Positions 53,879 through 62,967 of a stretch of DNA of 64,000 bases are shown piece by piece (positions within the stretch are counted from its first letter, which is position 1; each line of letters opens with the position of its first letter). Location: NCBI GenBank assembly GCA_023435705.1, contig JAEYRH010000003.1, forward strand, positions 202,737 to 266,736, written 5' to 3'. The notes beneath the pieces were generated by a model. The model ran no database searches and was not told where the DNA came from. It saw only the letters and a list, made by a program, of their open reading frames with translations. The DNA comes from Bacillota bacterium. Lineage in GTDB: Bacteria; Bacillota; Clostridia; Christensenellales; UMGS416. The position numbers and the translations under genes were made by a program.

Positions 53879-54733
53879 ATGACTCAACGGATTACGCTGC
53901 AAGCCCCTGCCAAGCTGAACCTCACGCTGGACATCACCGGCATTGCTCCCAACGGCTATCACACGCTGGATATGGTGATGCACACGGTGTCTCTCTGTGA
54001 CACGGTGACAGTGGAGCCGGCGGATGAAATCAAGCTGGTCTGCCCCGATTGGCTGCCCAACGGCCCGAAGAACCTTGCATGGCGGGCGGTGGAGCTCTTG
54101 CGGGAGCACGCGGGGGTGAGGCGGGGGGCGCTGATCACCTTGGAAAAGCGCATCCCGGCTCAGGCCGGCATGGGTGGCGGCAGTGCTGATGCGGCGGCGG
54201 TGCTGAAGGGCATGAACGAGCTCTGGGGGCTGGGCCTGACCGTTGGTGAGTTGTGTAAAATTGGCCTTGCCCTGGGTTCTGATGTGCCATTTGCGGTGGC
54301 AGGCGGCACGGCGAGGGTCAGCGGAGTGGGGGAGGAGATCGAGCCGATCGTTGGAATTAAGCCACTTTGGTTCCTGCTGGCAAAGCCTGATGGCGGTGTG
54401 GACACGGCGGAAGCCTACCGCTTGTATGATGAGCTTGGCGCGGCGGTCAGGCCGGACAATGACCGGCTGATTGATGCAATGCGGTGTGGAGATCTTCGGG
54501 GCATGGCGCGATTTGGCGGCAACGCACTGCAAAAAGCCGCCATCAAGTTGTTGCCTCCCGTCGGTGATTTGCTCAACCGGTTAGGCGAAACTGGTACTGC
54601 ATATGCCGCGATGACAGGCAGCGGTGCAGCAGTGTTTGCTGTGTTTGAAACGGAAGGGGAGGCCCAAGCGGCTTGTGCGCAGCTGCACGGCGCTGCGTGG
54701 AAGGCAGTTGCCCGCTCATTGGATGTGATGTGA
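53879..54733 (+). CDS. ispE: 4-(cytidine 5'-diphospho)-2-C-methyl-D-erythritol kinase
   Basis: APAKLNLTLDITG..., IPAQAGMGGGSADAAAVL (GHMP kinase motif). 284 aa. Confidence 0.9.
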   Translation: MTQRITLQAPAKLNLTLDITGIAPNGYHTLDMVMHTVSLCDTVTVEPADEIKLVCPDWLPNGPKNLAWRAVELLREHAGVRRGALITLEKRIPAQAGMGGGSADAAAVLKGMNELWGLGLTVGELCKIGLALGSDVPFAVAGGTARVSGVGEEIEPIVGIKPLWFLLAKPDGGVDTAEAYRLYDELGAAVRPDNDRLIDAMRCGDLRGMARFGGNALQKAAIKLLPPVGDLLNRLGETGTAYAAMTGSGAAVFAVFETEGEAQAACAQLHGAAWKAVARSLDVM

Positions 54734-55293
54734 TGGAAGGATGTCTTATCATCCACCCGATGGATTCCGTATGCGCGAGTGAAATCATGCAGTGGGCATA
54801 TGATGGGCCTTATTCCCGGTATAACCTGGGCAGCGGAGACATGGATGAACTGCTGAACGGCTCCTATTTCGCTGCCTTTGACCATCTGGAGAAACTTATC
54901 GGCTTTTTTTGCTTCGGCATGGCTGCTCAAGTGCCTGCCGGCAATCGGCTCGGTCACTACTACGAGGATAGCCTGCTGGACATCGGTCTTGGTATGGCCC
55001 CTCCGTTATGCGGCCAAGGCAGGGGGCTCGCGTTTCTGCGGGATGGGATGAAATGGGCATATCATAAATTCCGGCCAAAAGGATTCCGGCTCACGGTGGC
55101 TGCCTTTAACCACAGAGCGATACTCGTGTATGAACGGGCGGGATTTGAGAAGGCATCGCTGTTTGAATGCGACACCGGTGGGCAAGTGACTGAATTCTGG
55201 GTAATGCGGTGCCAAGAGTATAATCAGAAGGATCAACACACTGGATCATCCACCTCATATACCGTCGCGCCTACTAACCCCGGCCCGCCATAG
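54733..55293 (+). CDS. GNAT-family N-acetyltransferase
   Basis: The start ATG shares one base with the ispE stop (TGATG). Contains CGQGRGLAFLRDGMKWAY (motif A) and AILVYERAGF. The last 61 nt overlap the 3' end of the convergent DegV gene. Confidence 0.7.
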   Translation: MEGCLIIHPMDSVCASEIMQWAYDGPYSRYNLGSGDMDELLNGSYFAAFDHLEKLIGFFCFGMAAQVPAGNRLGHYYEDSLLDIGLGMAPPLCGQGRGLAFLRDGMKWAYHKFRPKGFRLTVAAFNHRAILVYERAGFEKASLFECDTGGQVTEFWVMRCQEYNQKDQHTGSSTSYTVAPTNPGPP

Positions 55294-56096
55294 ATGCTCA
55301 GAGCCGGACACAGGTGTGATACATAAGACTCACAGACTGTGGCAATTTTCTTAATGTTTTCCAGCAGCTCATTTGCGTCTTCCGCCGCAGCGGCATGCAC
55401 CACAGCGATATTGATGCGCTTGCCGGCGTATTTTTCTTGAAAAGTCGAAACCATTTTCTGAACGGTTCGCTTGAAGCCCTTTGCTTTGGACACAGTGTGG
55501 CAGAGGCCATCCATGCCGAAGGTGATGATGGGTTTGATGTCCAGCAGGCTGCCCATGGCGCCTTCCACAAAGCCCAGCCTGCCGCCGCGCACCAGGAAAT
55601 CCAGGTTTTTGATCACAAACATTGTGTCCATACGGCTGCGGATCTGCGTGACTCTCTCCACAATGGCCTTGAGGTTACCGGATCGCTCGGCCTCACGGGC
55701 AGCTTCCAGCACCAGAAACCCCAGCGGCACAGAGACAGTGCTCGTATCCACCACCTCGATGCACATTCCCTCATATTGTTGGGCCAACAAGCGCACGAAG
55801 TTGCAGGAGCCGGACAGGCCGCCGGATATGGACAGATACACAGCGTCTGTATACCCCTCCGCTTTGAGACTGTCAAACACGGCATGCACATCATCCGCCA
55901 AAGGCAGCGTGGTTTTTGGCACTTCGTCAGCAAAGCGGTCGATCACCTGCTCGGCGGTGATGTCGATGCGGTCACGGTACTCATGAGTCTTATATACAAT
56001 CCGCAGCGGCACAAACCGGATGCGGTGCTGCTCCAGAAGGCCATTGGGAAGGTCACAGGTGGAATCGGTTACGATCGCGATTCTCCTGTCCGGCAT
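55233..56096 (-). CDS. DegV-family fatty-acid-binding protein (FakB-like)
   Basis: IAIVTDSTCDLP..., VYLSISGGLSGS. 287 aa. Tandem paralog of 56148..57011. Confidence 0.88.
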   Translation of the reverse strand: MPDRRIAIVTDSTCDLPNGLLEQHRIRFVPLRIVYKTHEYRDRIDITAEQVIDRFADEVPKTTLPLADDVHAVFDSLKAEGYTDAVYLSISGGLSGSCNFVRLLAQQYEGMCIEVVDTSTVSVPLGFLVLEAAREAERSGNLKAIVERVTQIRSRMDTMFVIKNLDFLVRGGRLGFVEGAMGSLLDIKPIITFGMDGLCHTVSKAKGFKRTVQKMVSTFQEKYAGKRINIAVVHAAAAEDANELLENIKKIATVCESYVSHLCPALSIYGGPGLVGATVYEVDDPVC

Positions 56097-56147
56097 GTTA
56101 CCACCACTTTCTTACTTAAGGTTTATACCTTGGTTAGCGTAATCAGG

Positions 56148-57011
56148 TTATGCTTTTGATTCCATGATTTCATAAGTGATGATCCCCAACAACCCCGGGC
56201 CTGTGTGGATGCCAAGCGCCGGGCTAACCTGTGTGACCAAGGATTCGCACACCGTCGCGAACTGCCGCACTTCATCCAGCAGGGCATTTGCCTCAGGCAG
56301 TGAGGAGCCATGCACAACGGCCACATTGATGCTCTTTCCGTTGTATTTCTCCTTGACCATAGACAGCATCTTTTGCACAGAGTTCTTGAATCCGCGCACC
56401 TTCGCCATGGAGTGGTAAACGCCGTCCAGCCCTACGCCTATGATGGGCTTGAGGTCTATCAGCATACCCAGTGTGCCTTCCACTTTGCCGATACGCCCGC
56501 CCTTTCTCAGATATTCCAGCGTTTTTATTACAAATAGGGCATCCATTCTGGAGCGAATTTTTTCAATCTTTGCAAGCACGGCTTGCGGGTCACCTGTGCG
56601 GTTGGCCTCCCGTGCGGCCTCCAGCACGAGGAAGCCAAGCCCCATGGACAGTGTGCGGGTGTCCACCACTTCGATGTGGAAGCCGGTGTATTGCTGGACG
56701 AGAAGCCTTATGAGGTTGTATGAGCCGGATAACCCTGCTGAGATTGATAGATAGACCACATCGGTGTAGCCTTCCGCCATCAGGCCATCCAGAATTTCCA
56801 TAACGTCCTGCGGGAGCGGCAGCGATGTCTTCGGCACCTCCTGCGCCAGCAGTTCATAAACCTTTTCGGCGGTGATCTCCACCCTGTCACGATATTCGCG
56901 GGTTTTGTACACAATGCGCAGTGGCACCACATGGATGTGGTTCTCCAGCAACAGGCTGTCCGGCAGGTCACAGCTGGAATCGGTTACAATCGCGATTTTG
57001 CGATTTGCCAT
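56148..57011 (-). CDS. DegV-family fatty-acid-binding protein (FakB-like)
   Basis: IAIVTDSSCDLP..., VYLSISAGLSGS. 287 aa. Confidence 0.88.
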   Translation of the reverse strand: MANRKIAIVTDSSCDLPDSLLLENHIHVVPLRIVYKTREYRDRVEITAEKVYELLAQEVPKTSLPLPQDVMEILDGLMAEGYTDVVYLSISAGLSGSYNLIRLLVQQYTGFHIEVVDTRTLSMGLGFLVLEAAREANRTGDPQAVLAKIEKIRSRMDALFVIKTLEYLRKGGRIGKVEGTLGMLIDLKPIIGVGLDGVYHSMAKVRGFKNSVQKMLSMVKEKYNGKSINVAVVHGSSLPEANALLDEVRQFATVCESLVTQVSPALGIHTGPGLLGIITYEIMESKA

Positions 57012-57029
57012 GGATTTTCCTCTATTCTC

Positions 57030-57096
57030 TTACGCAATTTGTATATTTGCGTAATGTGGTATTTAAAACTATATTATCGTCTCATAATACCACATT
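57030..57096. promoter_or_regulatory. Two perfect inverted repeats in the DegV / DUF1836 divergent region (candidate operators)
   Basis: TTACGCAA-N9-TTGCGTAA (57030..57054), immediately followed by AATGTGGTATT-N22-AATACCACATT (57053..57096). Confidence 0.55.
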
Positions 57097-57141
57097 CAAC
57101 GGTCAGGTTCAAGTTGAGACACCGCCATTTCCTGTTAATAA

Positions 57142-57170
57142 TTGAAATATGGTTTTGATTACAATATAAT
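57142..57170 (+). promoter_or_regulatory. Candidate sigma-A promoter of the DUF1836-smpB transcription unit
   Basis: TTGAAA - 17 nt - TATAAT, 25 nt upstream of the ATG at 57195. Confidence 0.55.
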
Positions 57171-57194
57171 AGCTTGTGAGGAGTGTTATCATTC

Positions 57195-57806
57195 ATGGAT
57201 CATAAAGACAAAATCCTCGAACTGGCCGAATCAGCGTTTGAATGGAACCTCATCCAGCTCAAGGACATTCCCCGCATCCCTTTGTATATGGAGCAGCTCA
57301 CATCCTTCTTTGATGAAGCGCTGGCAGGAGCCCGCCGGGATGAGGCTGATAAAATCCTCACCAAGACCATGATCAACAACTACACCAAGGAAGGCACGCT
57401 GCCCCGGCCAAACGGCAAGAAATACAGCCGTGAACATATGATCAGGCTCATGTATATCTTCATGCTCAAACAGGTGCTGAGCCTGCAGGACATTAAGCGT
57501 ATGTTTGACCTGATGGAGTCGGACAACAACATCGAAACGATCTATGGCACCTATCTGGAGATGGTGGGAGATTACCGCGAGCAACATCTTGAAAACCTCA
57601 AAGCCAGAATGGCTAATGTGGAATCCAAACTTGTGGAAAAGGGCATCTATACCGACGAGAATTTCGAGATGATGCTGATGCTGCTCACGATCACTGAGGC
57701 CACTGCGGGCAAGATGCTCGTGTGGCGCATACTGGACCAGCTTTCCGAGCAGCTTCAGCTGGAGAAGGAAGCGGCCAAAGACAGAGAAAAGGAAACCAGG
57801 AAATAG
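57195..57806 (+). CDS. DUF1836-like protein
   Basis: Contains [45 protein letters not shown], which I recognise as DUF1836-like. Start at MDHKDK; the ORF track begins at GTG 57183. Confidence 0.65.
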   Translation: MDHKDKILELAESAFEWNLIQLKDIPRIPLYMEQLTSFFDEALAGARRDEADKILTKTMINNYTKEGTLPRPNGKKYSREHMIRLMYIFMLKQVLSLQDIKRMFDLMESDNNIETIYGTYLEMVGDYREQHLENLKARMANVESKLVEKGIYTDENFEMMLMLLTITEATAGKMLVWRILDQLSEQLQLEKEAAKDREKETRK

Positions 57807-57808
57807 CA

Positions 57809-58276
57809 ATGGCGGAACATCTGGAAAAAACCTTGGTGCACAACCGGCGGGCGCGCCATGAATATTTCTTCGAGGAGCTCTTCGAGACCGGCATCGAGCT
57901 GTCTGGCACCGAGGTGAAGGCACTGCGCCTTGGCCAGGCCAACATGGGTGACAGTTACGCTCAGGTGAAAGACGGCGAGCTGTGGCTCCACAGCATGCAC
58001 ATTAGCCCATATGAAAAGGGCAACATTTACAACCGCGAGCCTTTGCGCAGCCGCAAGCTGCTGATGCACAAGCGGGAGATCCGCCGCCTGGGCGGGCAGG
58101 TGCAGAAGCAGGGCTATTCGTTGATCCCGGTGAGGTTGTATTTGAAAGCCAACCGCGTGAAGGTGGAGCTTGCGCTGGCAAAGGGTAAAAAGCTTTATGA
58201 CAAGCGCGAGGACGATGCGGATCGCGATGCCAAGAGGGATATGGAGCGGGCGCTCGCGCGGCGAAATGACGGATAA
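57809..58276 (+). CDS. smpB: SsrA-binding protein SmpB
   Basis: Start at [23 protein letters not shown]. Contains [13 protein letters not shown] and [10 protein letters not shown]. Confidence 0.92.
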   Translation: MAEHLEKTLVHNRRARHEYFFEELFETGIELSGTEVKALRLGQANMGDSYAQVKDGELWLHSMHISPYEKGNIYNREPLRSRKLLMHKREIRRLGGQVQKQGYSLIPVRLYLKANRVKVELALAKGKKLYDKREDDADRDAKRDMERALARRNDG

Positions 58277-58294
58277 ACTCAGACTTCCATGACA

Positions 58295-58328
58295 GGGCGG
58301 TTCCACGAACCGCCCGTTGCATTTCATT
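58295..58328 (+). terminator. Rho-independent terminator after smpB
   Basis: GGGCGGTTC-cac-GAACCGCCC followed by GTTGCATTTCATT. Confidence 0.7.
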
Positions 58329-58389
58329 GATTGAAATTGTTCATCAAAGATACATCTCGCGAATCCTTGGGTGTTTCCCTAATTTACTC

Positions 58390-58418
58390 TTGTATTCATT
58401 TATATTCTCCGATATAAT
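58390..58418 (+). promoter_or_regulatory. Candidate sigma-A promoter of the TrpB-like gene
   Basis: TTGTAT - 17 nt - TATAAT, leaving a leader of about 77 nt before the ATG at 58502. Confidence 0.55.
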
Positions 58419-58501
58419 ATTCACTACCCCATGAAAGGCGAAGCTCCGCATAGGCGGCGCTTGCCAGGGGAAAATGAGATGAGCAGAGGAGAGCTGAGAC
58501 C

Positions 58502-59869
58502 ATGTCTAAAAACCAGATTCCCAATGTCACCTATTTAACCGAAGACGAACTTCCCAGAAATTATTACAACATCGTGGCCGACATGCCCAATAAACCCCAG
58601 CCGCCGCTGAATCCTGCGACGATGCAGCCGATCGGGCCAGAGGATCTTGCCGCCATCTTTCCAATGGGCCTGATCGAGCAGCTGGTTACGCCGGAGCGCT
58701 ACGTGCCCATCCCCGACGAGGTGCTGGAAGCCTATAAGACCTATCGCCCCTCGCCGCTGATTCGTGCCTACCGCCTGGAGAAGGCGCTTGGCACGCCGGC
58801 GCACATCTACTACAAGTATGAAGGCGTTTCCCCCAGCGGCAGCCACAAATTGAACTCGGCATTGCCACAGGTGTATTACAACAAAAAGGCCGGCATCAAG
58901 CGGCTCACCACTGAGACCGGTGCCGGCCAATGGGGCACAGCGCTCTCTATCGCCTGCAAGATGATGGATTTGCCCTGCGAGGTCTATATGGTGAAGTGCT
59001 CTGCCCAGCAGAAGCCTTACCGCAAGCTCATCATGGAGACCTATGGCGCCAAGGTTTATGAAAGCCCCACAAACCTCACCAATACTGGCCGAGCCATCCT
59101 GGCTGAAGACCCGGAATGCACCGGCAGCCTGGGCATCGCGATCTCAGAGGCGGTGGAAGTTGCAGCGACCAATGCTGACACGAATTATTCTCTGGGCAGC
59201 GTGCTCGACTTTGTGTGCCTGCACCAGACGATCATCGGCCAGGAGGCCATCAAGCAGATGGAAAAGGTGGGGGAATACCCCGATGTCGTGATTGCCTGCT
59301 GCGGTGGCGGCAGCAACTTTGCTGGCATTTCGTTCCCCTTCCTGAAGGAAAAGCTGGAGGGGAAGCGTGACACCCGCTTCATCGCCGTGGAGCCCACTGC
59401 CTGCCCCACATTGACCCGTGGCACCTATGCCTACGACTTTGGCGACACCGGCAAGCTCACGCCCATGGTGCAGATGTATACGCTGGGCAATGGGTTCCTG
59501 CCCGAGAGCATCCATGCCGGCGGCCTGCGGTATCATGGTGATTCGGGCCTGGTCAGCCAGCTGTACCACGAGGGATATATCGAAGCTGTCGCGGTGGATC
59601 AAAACCCTGTGTTTGAGGCGGCTACGTTCTTCGCCCACCACGAGGCGATCCTGCCGGCTCCCGAATCGTCCCACGCGATCCGCGCTGCCATCGACGAGGC
59701 GCTGAAGTGCAAGGAAACCGGTGAGGAAAAGGTGATCCTCTTCAACCTGAGCGGCCACGGTTATTTCGACCTGGCAGCCTATGACATGTACAACAGCGGC
59801 AAACTCAAGGATATCCCGCTTTCCGAGCAGACGTTGAATGACGGGTTGGCGACGATCCCACAGGTTTGA
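58502..59869 (+). CDS. TrpB-like PLP-dependent enzyme (long TrpB2-type tryptophan synthase beta homolog)
   Basis: 455 aa. Contains YKYEGVSPSGSHKLNSALPQ (PLP lysine), TETGAGQWGTALS, CCGGGSNFAG. No other trp genes lie in the window. Confidence 0.85.
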   Translation: MSKNQIPNVTYLTEDELPRNYYNIVADMPNKPQPPLNPATMQPIGPEDLAAIFPMGLIEQLVTPERYVPIPDEVLEAYKTYRPSPLIRAYRLEKALGTPAHIYYKYEGVSPSGSHKLNSALPQVYYNKKAGIKRLTTETGAGQWGTALSIACKMMDLPCEVYMVKCSAQQKPYRKLIMETYGAKVYESPTNLTNTGRAILAEDPECTGSLGIAISEAVEVAATNADTNYSLGSVLDFVCLHQTIIGQEAIKQMEKVGEYPDVVIACCGGGSNFAGISFPFLKEKLEGKRDTRFIAVEPTACPTLTRGTYAYDFGDTGKLTPMVQMYTLGNGFLPESIHAGGLRYHGDSGLVSQLYHEGYIEAVAVDQNPVFEAATFFAHHEAILPAPESSHAIRAAIDEALKCKETGEEKVILFNLSGHGYFDLAAYDMYNSGKLKDIPLSEQTLNDGLATIPQV

Positions 59870-59892
59870 TTCAGAGTTTCAACCAGACGTTG

Positions 59893-59929
59893 TGGCAGGG
59901 GTGCGGTAAGATGGGCCCCTGCCATTTTT
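59893..59929 (+). terminator. Rho-independent terminator after the TrpB-like gene
   Basis: TGGCAGGGG-loop-CCCCTGCCA followed by TTTTTGTG. Confidence 0.8.
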
Positions 59930-60004
59930 GTGATTATGCTTCTTCCCGGTATGCCAAAATGGCCCCAACCATTGTTGGAGCCACTTCAATCCGTATGATG
60001 GGAT

Positions 60005-60262
60005 TTATGCCTTCGCGAGTTGTTTGGCAAGCCGCGCCTTTTTGCGGTTGGCAGCGTTCTTGTGGATCACACCCTTGGAGGCAGCCCTGTCCACGGCGCT
60101 GGCGGCATTGGCAAGCATGACATTGGCATTGGCGTCTTTATTGGCGACAGCGGCGTCAAATTTCTTCAGCACCGTCTTGACACCAGACTTCACGATGCGG
60201 TTGCGTAGATTGTTCCTCTCGCCAACGAGCACCCTCTTTTCTGCGGACTTGATGTTCGGCAA
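60005..60262 (-). CDS. rpsT: 30S ribosomal protein S20
   Basis: TTG start 7 nt after AAGGAGGTG gives (M)PNIKSAEKRVLVGERNNLRNRIVKSGVKT...AANRKKARLAKQL. The longer ORF in the track (to 60385) is an artefact. Confidence 0.9.
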   Translation of the reverse strand: MPNIKSAEKRVLVGERNNLRNRIVKSGVKTVLKKFDAAVANKDANANVMLANAASAVDRAASKGVIHKNAANRKKARLAKQLAKA

Positions 60263-60300
60263 GAATCTCACCTCCTTTGGGTTTTGTTGCAAGCTGTGAT

Positions 60301-60329
60301 ATTTTAGCATGATATTGGGCTCTATGCAA
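60301..60329 (-). promoter_or_regulatory. Sigma-A promoter of rpsT
   Basis: The minus strand reads TTGCAT - 17 nt - TAAAAT, with TGC just upstream of the -10 box (extended -10). Confidence 0.55.
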
Positions 60330-60492
60330 GCAAATATCGAGAAAATTTGGTTTAACGGTGCAAAATAAAGGCACATGGCAAACAAGTGGAAAATCCGGGC
60401 AATGGGATCGTTTCCTTTTAGCTGCTGGTGTGTATAATGGTATCAAAATTTCATTACGCAATCATTCATCATTCATAGGAGGGTTCTCATCT

Positions 60493-61005
60493 ATGCAAGG
60501 TAAGCTGACAAGGAAACTGGTGTTGAGTGGGCTCTTTGCCGCGCTGATCTGCGTGGTGACATTGTTTGTTAAGTTCCCGGTGCCGGGGCCTTCCGGCGCT
60601 TATGTGAACGCTGGAGACGGTGTAATCTATGCTTCGGCGTTGGCGCTGGGCGGGCCATGGGCTGCCGCAGCTGCCGGTATCGGTTCAATGCTCGCGGACT
60701 TCTTGGTTGGGTATCCCATCTATGCTCCGGCAACGCTGATCATCAAAGGGTTGATGGGTCTGGTGGTTGGCGCGGCGCTGCATGGCCGCAAAGCAGGCTT
60801 TGCCCGGATGCTGCTGTTTATGGTGCTGGGCTCGGTGATGATGACTGCGGGTTATGGTCTCTATGAGCTGATTGTGTATGACTACACGGTGGCGCTGGCC
60901 AACCTGCCCTATAACCTGATCCAGGCCGGTGGTGGCGTGGCCATCGGGTTGTTGCTGGCCCTGGTGGTGAAGCGGGTGGTCCCGGATTCTTGGATTGATG
61001 CCTAA
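60493..61005 (+). CDS. ECF-transporter S (substrate-capture) component-like membrane protein
   Basis: Start at MQGKLTRKLVLSGLFAALICVVTLFVKFPVPG (GGAGGG RBS). About five TM segments. Contains VNAGDGVIY and MLADFLVGYPIYAPATLIIKGLMG. Substrate unknown. Confidence 0.7.
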   Translation: MQGKLTRKLVLSGLFAALICVVTLFVKFPVPGPSGAYVNAGDGVIYASALALGGPWAAAAAGIGSMLADFLVGYPIYAPATLIIKGLMGLVVGAALHGRKAGFARMLLFMVLGSVMMTAGYGLYELIVYDYTVALANLPYNLIQAGGGVAIGLLLALVVKRVVPDSWIDA

Positions 61006-61031
61006 CAGGAAGAGTTAAAGGATCGAACACA

Positions 61032-61064
61032 GCCCGGTAGCCGGTCTCGGTTTACCGGGCTTTT
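61032..61064 (+). terminator. Rho-independent terminator after the ECF S-component gene
   Basis: GCCCGGTA-loop-TACCGGGC followed by TTTT. Confidence 0.8.
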
Positions 61065-61145
61065 CATTTATGTTACAATCCAATTACCACTATGGAACAA
61101 TTTAGCATTCTCCTGAGTCCAATGCAATGAATGGGGTGGGGAGAT

Positions 61146-62951
61146 ATGAAACTACATCAGTTTGCGCCCATGCTTTTGATCGCGGCATTGATCCTGTTGG
61201 CATCCTGCTCCGGGCAGACGCAACTGCCATCAGCACCAGCGACGGCTGTGGGCTCTCTGGAGCCGTCTGTTGTGGTTTCTGCAGCGTCCAGCTTGCCAAC
61301 AACGCCAGAGGAGAGCGAAAGCCCCACTGCGGAGCCTACGCCCACCATATGGGAGATGGCGACGCCGGGGCCGGTGCCAACGGAAAGGGCGAAGGATGCC
61401 CCGCTCACAAAAGATGATTATTTCATCATCGACAAGAACTGGGTTAATGTCATTGGTGACTGGAACAATGACTTTTTTATAGATGAACTGGAAGGTTATC
61501 GATATGGTGTGATCGATATTCATGGCAACATCATTGTGCCATTCACCTCATTCAACATAGACCCAATTGTGTTATCTCCTGTGAAAAACGAGCCTGGAAA
61601 TGAGAAGCTCTTCTTCTTTGCCCTTGACTTCATTTCGGTAAACGGTAAGGCTATCCGTGATTCCGGTTATTTGTATTTGCCCAATGGGAGTAAGGCTTCA
61701 CCGGATCGTTACAATTGGCTAGATACATACCAGAAGAACCGCATTGTTGCCGAGCGAACCGATACTGGACTATGTGGCATCATGGATGCAAACATGAACC
61801 AGATCGTTCAATTTAAGTATCTGGACATGGTCGTGTTTGCGGACTGGATTGCAGCCACGAAAAAGAAAGCTGACGGCAGCTATTGGATTGATTTTTTTGA
61901 TAAAAAGTGCAAGGTAGTCAAGTCACTCCATGTGGGCAGCGACAATATTGAATACCTGGATCAAGATCTCCTGATGGCCAAAGGCCAAAACGGTAAGTGG
62001 GGCTTCATAGACAAGAGCTTCACTTGGTGTGCCGAACCGAAATGGGATGGAATTGATATTGAGTCGTCCTGGGATGAAGACTTTGGGCCTGGCTATGCCA
62101 TGACTCGAAATGGAAGGAGGTACAACGTCAATAAGTATGGGAAGCAGTTTATTCCTGATGGTTATAAACCGGAAGACTGTTATATGCTTTGGCCGATTAA
62201 CACATACCAAGATCATTACGTTTATATGTGCGAATCTACGGATGAAATCGGTAATAGGACAAAGGGTGTTGTTTTTGATGATACAGGCAGGATACTTTAT
62301 GTACCAGCCCAGAATGATTACGGCTTATCTCTTTATGAGAATGGCATATTAGAAGATGGCTCTGTTCTATATGATTTGAAAAGTAAACAAGTAATATATC
62401 ATAACAAGTATCCAGGCAGTGCTTTGGATGTAGCTGATGGTATCTTTGTTGATGATGGATGTGCTTATGACTTAACTGGGAAACGTTTGTATTCAACCAT
62501 CAAAGATATTCTTAGTATAGACCTAAAGAACAAAGTGATCTTATGTGATGATGGCAATACCGTCTATACTATGGACGGTAAAAAACTGCCATTACCCACG
62601 TGCGAGAGAATTGAATGTATTAGCCCAGAGCGCTTTATCGTTCACCTTCAGAATGGTTTAACGGGAATTTGTAATGAGGAAGGAAAATGGATCACTGCAC
62701 CCAATGGTTATTATACCGATTTTAGTTCGTGGTTATGTTGGCCTGTTTTCACTTTCCCACAGGATAACACATCCGGGCAATGTGGTGTTTACAGCCTTGA
62801 CGGACAGATCATATACGATGCGATCTTTACCTACATTGAACCAATCCGTGATCGTTATTATGAAGTGTATTACCAAGGTATCCATGGAGTCATCGATGAT
62901 AAAGGGAATTGGATTTGGCATCATGACATTCTCAATACAATAGAAGGCTAA
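61146..62951 (+). CDS. Lipoprotein with WG-type (KWG-like) beta repeats
   Basis: Start at MKLHQFAPMLLIAALILLASC (lipobox LLASC), then a PT-rich linker. Repeats include YRYGVIDIHGNIIVPF, GLCGIMDANMNQIVQFKY, GKWGFIDKSFTWCAEPKWD, GLTGICNEEGKWI, GIHGVIDDKGNWIW. Confidence 0.75.
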   Translation: MKLHQFAPMLLIAALILLASCSGQTQLPSAPATAVGSLEPSVVVSAASSLPTTPEESESPTAEPTPTIWEMATPGPVPTERAKDAPLTKDDYFIIDKNWVNVIGDWNNDFFIDELEGYRYGVIDIHGNIIVPFTSFNIDPIVLSPVKNEPGNEKLFFFALDFISVNGKAIRDSGYLYLPNGSKASPDRYNWLDTYQKNRIVAERTDTGLCGIMDANMNQIVQFKYLDMVVFADWIAATKKKADGSYWIDFFDKKCKVVKSLHVGSDNIEYLDQDLLMAKGQNGKWGFIDKSFTWCAEPKWDGIDIESSWDEDFGPGYAMTRNGRRYNVNKYGKQFIPDGYKPEDCYMLWPINTYQDHYVYMCESTDEIGNRTKGVVFDDTGRILYVPAQNDYGLSLYENGILEDGSVLYDLKSKQVIYHNKYPGSALDVADGIFVDDGCAYDLTGKRLYSTIKDILSIDLKNKVILCDDGNTVYTMDGKKLPLPTCERIECISPERFIVHLQNGLTGICNEEGKWITAPNGYYTDFSSWLCWPVFTFPQDNTSGQCGVYSLDGQIIYDAIFTYIEPIRDRYYEVYYQGIHGVIDDKGNWIWHHDILNTIEG

Positions 62952-62967
62952 TAAAGAGGTGGAATCT

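Noticed and set aside
58277-58501. Looked for a tmRNA (ssrA) gene downstream of smpB, where it often lies.
   Set aside because: The interval contains only the smpB terminator, an AT-rich promoter and a short leader. There is no tRNA-like acceptor/T-arm sequence and no tag-peptide reading frame ending in a typical ...ALAA stop. ssrA must be elsewhere.
58425-58501. T-box or attenuator in the leader of the TrpB-like gene.
   Set aside because: The leader is only about 77 nt, whereas T-boxes need roughly 200 nt or more. It has no specifier-loop/T-box sequence and no terminator/antiterminator pair.
60386-60492. Possible riboswitch (preQ1, THF or another vitamin class) ahead of the ECF S-component gene.
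   Set aside because: The leader after the TATAAT at 60433 is about 50 nt and AT-rich, with no conserved riboswitch core that I can recognise.
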